Part shown: positions 57,383-64,000 of the stretch, piece after piece
How positions within the stretch are numbered: position 1 is the stretch's first letter
Layout: every line of letters starts with the position of its first letter
Origin: a virus
Virus record (IMG/VR): IMGVR_UViG_3300020469_000020
Span: 1-64,000 of that record
DNA length: 64,000 nucleotides
Direction: 5' to 3' (one strand)
Program-made: the position numbers and the translations under genes
The notes under the pieces: generated by a model
Database searches by the model: none
What the model saw: the letters and a program-made list of their open reading frames with translations, nothing else
What the model was told of the DNA's origin: nothing

Positions 57383-57865
57383 ATGAAATATATTAAAAGT
57401 ATATTTGTAATGCTTTGTATATCTACGATTTTAGCATTTTCCACTCAGGCAGAACTTCATTCGGATACCTATATAGGAAATGGTAGAACATTTGTAAACA
57501 TTGTTAAACATATTGAAAGAGGTGGAAAAAAATATCCACTCTTTTATACATCTAAAGAAGATGTGTATGCTTTTTCATTTGATTATGTTGTAGCAGAAAT
57601 GAAAAATATGGAAAAAGCAGAAGCAATAGCAAAAAAATATGGAGTTAAACTCACGGCATACAATGATTTACAAATTGCTCTTTTTATTGCTGACAGTCCA
57701 ATGGAAGTTATGGATTTGTATAAAAAATTAAAAACTGAACCAATGATTGAATATTTGGAGTTAGCTTTATTTGAAGCACATCCAGACATGAAAAAATATG
57801 TCGTAAAGCTTCCTGGTGTTGAAACACCGATAGGTAATGTAATGCTTTGGTTTGATAAATGGTAA
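57383..57865 (+). CDS. Secreted/periplasmic protein
   Basis: AAGGAG SD; signal peptide MKYIKSIFVMLCISTILAFSTQA; mature part resembles a subtilase prodomain-like ferredoxin fold. Confidence 0.6.
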   Translation: MKYIKSIFVMLCISTILAFSTQAELHSDTYIGNGRTFVNIVKHIERGGKKYPLFYTSKEDVYAFSFDYVVAEMKNMEKAEAIAKKYGVKLTAYNDLQIALFIADSPMEVMDLYKKLKTEPMIEYLELALFEAHPDMKKYVVKLPGVETPIGNVMLWFDKW

Positions 57866-57881
57866 TCTAAAGGAGAATCAA

Positions 57882-58343
57882 ATGAGTATTTTTTTGAAGT
57901 GGTGGTTGTTAATAACATTGACAGTTATGGGAATAGCAACTAGTATTTATTTTAATTTTCATATGTTTTTATTTAATAATGACCTTACAAAATTAAGTTT
58001 AGTAATTTTATCTTTATTTATAATTAGCACTATAGTTATTGGTTACAAGATATGGTATGGAAAAATAAAGAAAATTAAAGAATATAGCTTTGAAAAAGAA
58101 TGGTTTGTAAGTGAATTATTAATTAGTTTAGGAATGATTGGTACGGTTATTGGTTTTATATTCATGCTATATTCTGTGTTTGTGGATTTAAATATAGAGG
58201 ATGCACAAGCAGTTCAAGAAAGTTTAGGCGGAATGGCGCAGGGTATGGGTACTGCACTACTCACAACTTTAGTTGGTCTTATTGGTAGTGTGTTAATTAA
58301 AAGTCAATTAGTAATGGTAGAAGATGAGAAAATACAGCAGTAA
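57882..58343 (+). CDS. MotA/TolQ/ExbB proton channel family protein
   Basis: Start moved to the ATG at 57882 (AAGGAG SD); four hydrophobic segments; LGMIGTVIGFI and GMGTALLTTLVGL signatures. Confidence 0.85.
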   Translation: MSIFLKWWLLITLTVMGIATSIYFNFHMFLFNNDLTKLSLVILSLFIISTIVIGYKIWYGKIKKIKEYSFEKEWFVSELLISLGMIGTVIGFIFMLYSVFVDLNIEDAQAVQESLGGMAQGMGTALLTTLVGLIGSVLIKSQLVMVEDEKIQQ

Positions 58344-59022
58344 TCTTGCTTTCATAGACCTGCTATTTAATCTCATACTTGGTTTTGTTTTTCTTTTTGT
58401 TGTAAGTTTTTTATTAATTAATGATCCAACAAAAAAAGATAACGTAGAAGCTAAAGCTGAGTATATGATTATAATGAGTTGGGATGCAGATAAAGACGTT
58501 GATATTGATTTATGGGTACAAGGTCCAAGTGGTCTTGTAGGATTTAGACAACCTATGGCTGGATTTATGAACTTAGACCGTGATGATTTAGGTCATCGTA
58601 ATGATAGAATTGTTCGTGGTCCAAATGCGGGAGAAATTGTCTACTTAAATCGTGAAGTTGTAAATATAAGAGGATTTCAGCCTGGCGAATATGTTGTAAA
58701 TGCACATTATTATTTTGGAAGAGGTCCATATCAAAGCGATTTATCAGTAGAAATAACAGTTGAGGTTTTAAAGTTAAATCCATATTCACAAGTTTATGTT
58801 GGTACTAAAAAAATATTTAAAAAAGGTGAAGAAAGAACTTTTACAAGATTTACAATGAAACCAAATGGATATTATACTAATGTAAATGAGTTACCAAAGG
58901 CACTAGTAATGGTAGGACATGACTTACCACCTTCAACAAGTTTTGGACAAAGCCTTCAAGGTTCACATCCTGGTCAACCTAAAACTGATGATGATGATGA
59001 TAACAATGATGATGGAACATAG
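58324..59022 (+). CDS. ExbD/MotB-like single-TM protein with YfaP/DUF2135-like soluble domain
   Basis: TM segment AFIDLLFNLILGFVFLF with the conserved Asp; W..D.DIDLWV..P.G, LDRDD.G, N.E.V.I....PGEY.V..HYY. Confidence 0.7.
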   Translation: MRKYSSNLAFIDLLFNLILGFVFLFVVSFLLINDPTKKDNVEAKAEYMIIMSWDADKDVDIDLWVQGPSGLVGFRQPMAGFMNLDRDDLGHRNDRIVRGPNAGEIVYLNREVVNIRGFQPGEYVVNAHYYFGRGPYQSDLSVEITVEVLKLNPYSQVYVGTKKIFKKGEERTFTRFTMKPNGYYTNVNELPKALVMVGHDLPPSTSFGQSLQGSHPGQPKTDDDDDNNDDGT

Positions 59023-59031
59023 GAGAATATC

Positions 59032-59556
59032 ATGATATACTTAGTAACACTTTCTATATTTTTAGTTTCTGTATTTTTATATCTTTTGATAGAATTAAAA
59101 AGAAGTATACATTTAATATACGTTATACCTCTTAGTCTTATTTTTACAGCTGGAAGTTATTTTTATCTAGATTCTTTGTTTGGATATCCAGTTGCAAAAA
59201 CTAATGAAGAGAAATTTTATTTATTGTCATATTATATTGCACCAGAAGAAACAACTATTAATATGTGGGTTATTTTAGAAAAGGAGACCGTTCCAAAGGC
59301 TATAGTTCTTCCATACGATCAAGAAACGCATGAAGCACTTGAAGAAGTAAGAAAAAGAATGGGTGAGGGTGATGCTGTAATGGGTGAATTTAATATCACA
59401 ACTGACCCAGGAACAGAGTTGGAAGGAGCAACACAAGATGACAAACAATCATCAGGAGGAACTAGAAAATCAGCAGGCGGAGCTTTTAATATACTAAACC
59501 TAGACTTATCATCAAAACTACCACCAAAAGACCAATATGTCATCGGCGATGATTAA
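59032..59556 (+). CDS. Membrane protein (two N-terminal TMs), third gene of the cassette
   Basis: AGGAG SD; two hydrophobic helices, then G-Y-P and I.MWV....PKA..LPY....HE.L. Confidence 0.7.
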   Translation: MIYLVTLSIFLVSVFLYLLIELKRSIHLIYVIPLSLIFTAGSYFYLDSLFGYPVAKTNEEKFYLLSYYIAPEETTINMWVILEKETVPKAIVLPYDQETHEALEEVRKRMGEGDAVMGEFNITTDPGTELEGATQDDKQSSGGTRKSAGGAFNILNLDLSSKLPPKDQYVIGDD

Positions 59557-59968
59557 ACCAGAAGAAGTTTGCTATGTTCCTGATGAATTAATAGAAGAGG
59601 GACAAGAGAGAAAACTTCAAAAAGTTTCAAAATTTAATGATGTAGCAATACCTGAAGAAGAAAATTCCGTCGATGATGACTTTGATTTTGCCCAAGAAAC
59701 TATACGTGAAACAATTATGAAATCAAATGAAGTTTTACAAGAACTTGGGCAAGCAGCAATTTTAAATGAAAATGGTAAATTATATGAATCATATTCTCAA
59801 CTAATGAAAAATATAATTGATGGCTCATCGCAACTTATTGATATACATTCCAAAAAGAAAAAAATTAAAGAAGTTAAAGGATCAAAACAAAAAAATACTC
59901 AAGTAAATAATTTGATTGTTGGTTCTACTAAAGAACTATTAGAAATGATAGAAAATCAGAAGTCTTAA
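59537..59968 (+). CDS. gp16: Terminase small subunit gp16
   Basis: DDDFDFAQETI...YE...QLMK......QL.D.H.K.K...NNL.VGST.EL..M. Confidence 0.85.
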   Translation: MSSAMIKPEEVCYVPDELIEEGQERKLQKVSKFNDVAIPEEENSVDDDFDFAQETIRETIMKSNEVLQELGQAAILNENGKLYESYSQLMKNIIDGSSQLIDIHSKKKKIKEVKGSKQKNTQVNNLIVGSTKELLEMIENQKS

Positions 59969-59993
59969 ATTTCCCTCCTTCTTTTTGGAATAA

Positions 59994-60001
59994 GATAAAT
60001 A
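59994..60001 (+). promoter_or_regulatory. Putative late promoter (GATAAATA)
   Basis: Intergenic, upstream of the ATG at 60069. Confidence 0.55.
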
Positions 60002-60068
60002 AAAAAGAATAATTATATTCCCACAACTATATTCTTTTTTTAAAAAAAATAAAATAGCAGCACGTATC

Positions 60069-63000
60069 ATGCCTGAAACCGTTTCACGAATACTAATTAA
60101 AAGCTCAACCTCCAAACCAACTCCTAATACCGGTACTTTACAAAGAGCAGAATTAGCTTATTCATATTCTTCTGATAAATTATTCATAGGTGATGAATTA
60201 GGTCAAGAACCTCTTTTAATTGGTGGAAAGACATTTTTAAGTTTATTTGATAATGTATTAGATGATAATGGAACGGCAAAAGCTGGTCAAGTATTTGCTG
60301 GTAATGTTATTATAGCAGGCGCAAATAATACAATTGATGATTTAAATATTGAAAACTTAAAAGTAAATGGTGTACCATTAGCTACTGCTAATATTACAGA
60401 AGTTATCACAAGCAACACTCTTCCAAATGTAGCCGATACAAAATTAGTTTCAGCTAAAGCAGTAAAAGACTATATTGGAAATGAGTGGTTAGATTATCTA
60501 GAAACAATTTCAGCAAACACAGTATCTTCTGGACAATTATTAATTGTAGGTGCAAATAATAAATTTGAAAATAAAAGCACCACCGGAGCCATAAAATTTT
60601 TTGCAAATGGTCATTCCGAGATTAATAATAGTTATATAGAAAATTCTATGCTAAAGAATTTTTCTATTCGTTTAGGATCTCAAGATATAAAACTTGGTGA
60701 TGCGACTCTAGTAAATTTAAATTTGGATACATCCGGAGTATTAAATGTTAATCGTGGAGGTACAGATAGATATGACATAGAAAAAGATTATGTGATGTTA
60801 GGAAATGGTACTAATTCAGTATCTACAACAAGTGATTTCGTTTTTAATATTGATACCGCTAATAACAATCTACTTTATGCAAACGCAAATGCACATATAA
60901 CTAAAAGTGCAACAGTTGGTGAAACTCTTCAAGTGGCAAATGGATTATTTACATCCAATACTAATTTAAGATTCAAAGAATTTTTTCAAATAATTAACAT
61001 AGAAAATATAAGTTCATTTGATTCATCAATTGTATCTTACGATCTTATCAGTGAGTATTTCAGCTTTTCTACAGGAACAGTATTAAATGTATCTGACGCT
61101 GGTCTTGTTAATATAAAATCACCTACATTATTTTTTGGTTCAGAATTAACAACATCCAACAATACAGTTACTACTTTAACAGGAAAATTATTTGCAAATA
61201 ATGATTCTTCTTTTAATGGTAATACATTAACTGTTTCTACAGACACAATTACTACCTTTGATGGACTTGTTACTTTAAACAATAATACATTTATTAATGG
61301 TAACAATCTTAATGTATCTACTAGTACAGTAACAACTGTTGACGGTCTTGTAACTCTAAACAATAACACATTTATTAATGGCAATACTTTAAATGTTTCA
61401 GTTGATACTACATCAACTTTTGAAGGTGTTGTTAATTTAGAAAATAATACTTTTGTCAATGGTAATACTTTAAATGTTTCTGCGAATACTTTATCTACGT
61501 TTGATGGACCAATTGTTCTTAATGGACAAGTTGATATAAATGGTGACGTAGTTTTTAGAGGCAATACTACCTATCTAGGAGAAAACTTCACTGTATCAAA
61601 TAATACTACAGTAGATATAAGTGGTAATGCTTTCTTCAAAGGTGATCAATTAAATGTATCTTCTAATACAATAACAACAGTTGATGGTGAATCTGCATTT
61701 AACAAAAAAGTAGATATCAATGCTCCACTTACTGTATACGATAATGCAGAAGTAAAAGGAAATTTAGTTGTTGAACAAGACCTTTTTGTATATGGTAACT
61801 CAACTCAAATATTAACAGAAACATTAACTGTTGAAGATAATATTATTGTTCTTGCTGCGAATAATACTACAGACGTTGTTGATTTGGGATTTGCCGGTAG
61901 ATACAATGAAAGCGGAACTCCTGCTTTTGCGGGGTTGTTTAGGGATGCAACAAATAATAAATTTTTCTTATTTGAAGATTATCCTACAGAACCGCCTATA
62001 GTATCAATGACAGGTTTTGATAGTGCAACAATGTTAGCTACCTTATTTGCTGACATAGAAGCAAATACTATCATAGCACATAAAGGAACTCTAGATGATG
62101 TAGTTATTACGAATTCTCATTTAAATGATAGTTTTGCAAATAACTTAACAAGTAACAATGCTACTTTAAATACTGGAACAATAGATAGTTTCACGATAAC
62201 TAATTCTCATTTGAATGATAGTTTTGCTAATAATTTAACAAGTAATAATGCAACTTTAAATAGTGCCGTTCTTAATAATGCCTCAATACATGACTCATTT
62301 GCAAATAACATAACTGCAAATAATGTAGACATAAACTTTGGAACTATAAGAAGCGTAAGCATATATAATTCTACCATATATGATTCAAGTATAGTAGATG
62401 ATTCCACTGCAAATAATTTAACAAGCAATAATGCAACACTAAATTCTGTTGTTATTGAAACTGCAACCGCTAACAATATTACAAGTAATAATGCTGTCTT
62501 AAATACAGCAACCATTTATAATGCAGTTGCAAATAATTTATTGAGTAATAATGCTACTTTATATTTTGCAAAAATATATGATTCTAATTTATTTAATGCA
62601 CATGCCACAACTTTAAGTGTTGATGTCCTTGATGCAGGTTCTATTAGTTTTAGAACTGCTATTGAAAATATAGATGCAAATAATTATATCGGTAATACAG
62701 CAACTATAGATAATATAGATGCAAATAATTACACCGGTAATACAGCAACTATTATAAATGTAGATGCAAATAATTATACTGGTAACACAGCAACTATAAA
62801 TGATATAGTTGCAAACAATATTACAACAAATACGTTTACTTCATTAGTTAAAACAGAAGCTACTGAGGAAATAAAGGTATTAGGTGTTTCTGGTACAAGC
62901 GGTAAATTAGTATTAAATTGCTCTAATAATTCTCATGGCCAAACTGTTATTGCACAGCCACATTCAGCTAGTGTAACAAATATATTAACATTACCGGCCG

Positions 63001-64000
63001 GTGCTGATCAAGAACTTGTTGGTACTGTTGCACAACAAACATTAACAAGTAAAACACTTGATGCTCCGAGTGTTAACAATCTATTAACACTTAGAGGAGA
63101 TGGTTCTTCTGTTACAGGTCAACTTAAATTAAATTGTCATGATAATTCTCATGGACAGACTATTATTGCACAGCCGCATTCAGCTAGTGTAACAAATATA
63201 TTAACATTACCTCCTGGTGGTAATCAAGAGATAGTAGGAACTACTGCTACACAAACACTTGTTAGTAAAACACTTGATGCACCAAGTATAGAAAATTTAT
63301 TAACTCTAAGAGGTGATGGTTCTTCTGTTACTGGTCAACTTAAATTAAATTGTCATGATAATTCTCATGGTCAAACCATAATAGCTCAACCACATTCAGC
63401 TAGTGTAACAAATATATTAACACTACCAGCTGGCGCCGATCAAGAATTTGTCGGAACTCTTGCACAACAGACATTAACAAGTAAAACATTAACATCTCCT
63501 CAAATTAATAATGCAACAATTGCTAATGCAGCAATAACTTCTGGTACAATGACTAGTACTGCATTAGATTCTGTTACTATTATAGATTCCAGTGCAAATA
63601 ATTTAACAAGTAACAATACTACACTTGGTGGAACAACTACCTTTAATGGTAACACAACTATTACTGAAAATCTAACAGTTAATAAAGATTTAACGGTAGA
63701 TGGTAATTTATTCTTAACGGGCAATACTGTTACACTAGATGCACAGACATTGACTGTGGAAGATAATATAATTCTACTTAGTTCAAATAATGCTGCTGAT
63801 GTTACAGATACAGGATTTGCAGGTAAATATAATAATGGAAGTTCCGATTTATATGCTGGTATCTTTAGAGATGCTACTGATGGGGTCTTTTATATATTCA
63901 AAGACTACACCTCAGAGCCAGGAACAACAATGACAGGATTTAATACTGCTACAATGAGAGCCACTCTTGCTGGCGATTTTGAAGCTAACAATATTGTAGT
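60069..64000 (+). CDS. Very long tail fibre protein, partial (runs off right end)
   Basis: Not in the ORF track. MPETVSRILIKSS...LQRAELAYSYSSDKLFIG is a common fibre N-terminal domain. The same frame reads ...DFEANNIV at the window end (more than 1300 aa). Many Asn/Thr-rich repeats. Confidence 0.85.
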   Translation, partial: MPETVSRILIKSSTSKPTPNTGTLQRAELAYSYSSDKLFIGDELGQEPLLIGGKTFLSLFDNVLDDNGTAKAGQVFAGNVIIAGANNTIDDLNIENLKVNGVPLATANITEVITSNTLPNVADTKLVSAKAVKDYIGNEWLDYLETISANTVSSGQLLIVGANNKFENKSTTGAIKFFANGHSEINNSYIENSMLKNFSIRLGSQDIKLGDATLVNLNLDTSGVLNVNRGGTDRYDIEKDYVMLGNGTNSVSTTSDFVFNIDTANNNLLYANANAHITKSATVGETLQVANGLFTSNTNLRFKEFFQIINIENISSFDSSIVSYDLISEYFSFSTGTVLNVSDAGLVNIKSPTLFFGSELTTSNNTVTTLTGKLFANNDSSFNGNTLTVSTDTITTFDGLVTLNNNTFINGNNLNVSTSTVTTVDGLVTLNNNTFINGNTLNVSVDTTSTFEGVVNLENNTFVNGNTLNVSANTLSTFDGPIVLNGQVDINGDVVFRGNTTYLGENFTVSNNTTVDISGNAFFKGDQLNVSSNTITTVDGESAFNKKVDINAPLTVYDNAEVKGNLVVEQDLFVYGNSTQILTETLTVEDNIIVLAANNTTDVVDLGFAGRYNESGTPAFAGLFRDATNNKFFLFEDYPTEPPIVSMTGFDSATMLATLFADIEANTIIAHKGTLDDVVITNSHLNDSFANNLTSNNATLNTGTIDSFTITNSHLNDSFANNLTSNNATLNSAVLNNASIHDSFANNITANNVDINFGTIRSVSIYNSTIYDSSIVDDSTANNLTSNNATLNSVVIETATANNITSNNAVLNTATIYNAVANNLLSNNATLYFAKIYDSNLFNAHATTLSVDVLDAGSISFRTAIENIDANNYIGNTATIDNIDANNYTGNTATIINVDANNYTGNTATINDIVANNITTNTFTSLVKTEATEEIKVLGVSGTSGKLVLNCSNNSHGQTVIAQPHSASVTNILTLPAGADQELVGTVAQQTLTSKTLDAPSVNNLLTLRGDGSSVTGQLKLNCHDNSHGQTIIAQPHSASVTNILTLPPGGNQEIVGTTATQTLVSKTLDAPSIENLLTLRGDGSSVTGQLKLNCHDNSHGQTIIAQPHSASVTNILTLPAGADQEFVGTLAQQTLTSKTLTSPQINNATIANAAITSGTMTSTALDSVTIIDSSANNLTSNNTTLGGTTTFNGNTTITENLTVNKDLTVDGNLFLTGNTVTLDAQTLTVEDNIILLSSNNAADVTDTGFAGKYNNGSSDLYAGIFRDATDGVFYIFKDYTSEPGTTMTGFNTATMRATLAGDFEANNIV
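61135..61700 (+). repeat. 81-nt (27-aa) tandem repeats
   Basis: GNTLNVSxxTxTTFDGLVTLNNNTFIN units; copies start at 61215, 61296, 61377 and 61458, with degenerate flanking copies. Confidence 0.85.
61760..62075 (+). repeat. About 105-aa domain duplicated at about 63680-64000
   Basis: LTVEDNIIxLxxNNxxDVxDxGFAGxYN...AGxFRDAT...FxxFxDY..EP...MTGF..ATMxATL..DxEAN occurs twice. Confidence 0.85.
62100..62825 (+). repeat. Period-5 (15/30-aa) Asn-rich repeats
   Basis: ANNLTSNNATLN units (90-nt duplication at about 62112 and 62202) and 45-nt IDANNYxGNTATI units at 62670-62820. Confidence 0.8.
62880..63495 (+). repeat. 216-nt (72-aa) tandem repeat x3 with a Cys/His motif
   Basis: LNCxxNSHGQTxIAQPHSASVTNILTLPxGxxQExVGTxAxQTLxSKTL; Cys codons at 62919, 63135 and 63351. 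Confidence 0.92.

Noticed and set aside
57852-57881. TTG start at 57852 given by the ORF track for the MotA-like gene
   Set aside because: The ATG at 57882 has a well-spaced AAGGAG SD and avoids overlap with the upstream gene.
57882-59556. Calling the membrane cassette a Zorya system or flagellar stator
   Set aside because: No long ZorA tail, no OmpA-like peptidoglycan-binding domain and no ZorC/D/E or flagellar genes.
242-63724. Many short ORFs in the track antisense to or nested within long genes (e.g. 242..427, 8655..8963, 21003..21350, 43130..43435, 61037..61564, 62207..62515)
   Set aside because: Shadow ORFs of the real genes, including the two long partial genes the track omits; they have no evident SD or promoter and no recognisable motifs.
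1-64000. Alternative genetic code (TAG or TGA recoding)
   Set aside because: Core genes are full length in code 11, and TAA, TAG and TGA all end genes at expected positions.
1-64000. CRISPR array, tRNA genes, diversity-generating retroelement or invertase shufflon
   Set aside because: All repeats found are in-frame coding repeats. No spacer-repeat array, tRNA-like sequence, reverse transcriptase, recombinase or adenine-specific TR/VR pair was seen, and intergenic gaps are very short.

Overview
AT-rich (about 30% GC by eye) fragment of a large T4-like myovirus genome, covering virion structure and morphogenesis genes in the standard genetic code. Bases 1-36.5 kb are one minus-strand fibre/appendage region: a DUF4815/VrlC-like protein, three fibres with S74 chaperone domains, two exostosin (GT47)-like glycosyltransferases, four Ig-like repeat proteins (one with a beta-propeller, one with a VWA domain) and several small fibre-associated genes. 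Bases 36.6-60 kb hold the T4 core genes in a rearranged order. gp13 is on +; gp17-18-19-20-67-68-21-22-23 form an inverted block on -; gp14, gp15 and gp16 are on +. Interspersed with them are an RNA ligase, a 2H phosphoesterase, an ADP-ribosyltransferase-like protein, several putative capsid-targeted proteins and a MotA/ExbB-ExbD-like membrane cassette. A very long repeat-rich fibre gene starts at 60069 and runs off the window. T4-type late promoters (nATAAATA) precede many of the genes. The most striking observation is in three consecutive Ig-repeat genes (16460-23781). Each is broken at the same point of the Ig repeat, so that the missing half of a domain is encoded in the next gene. This suggests a fibre assembled by split-domain (strand) complementation, with branch adhesin domains. 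All family assignments come from motif recognition by eye, not database searches.
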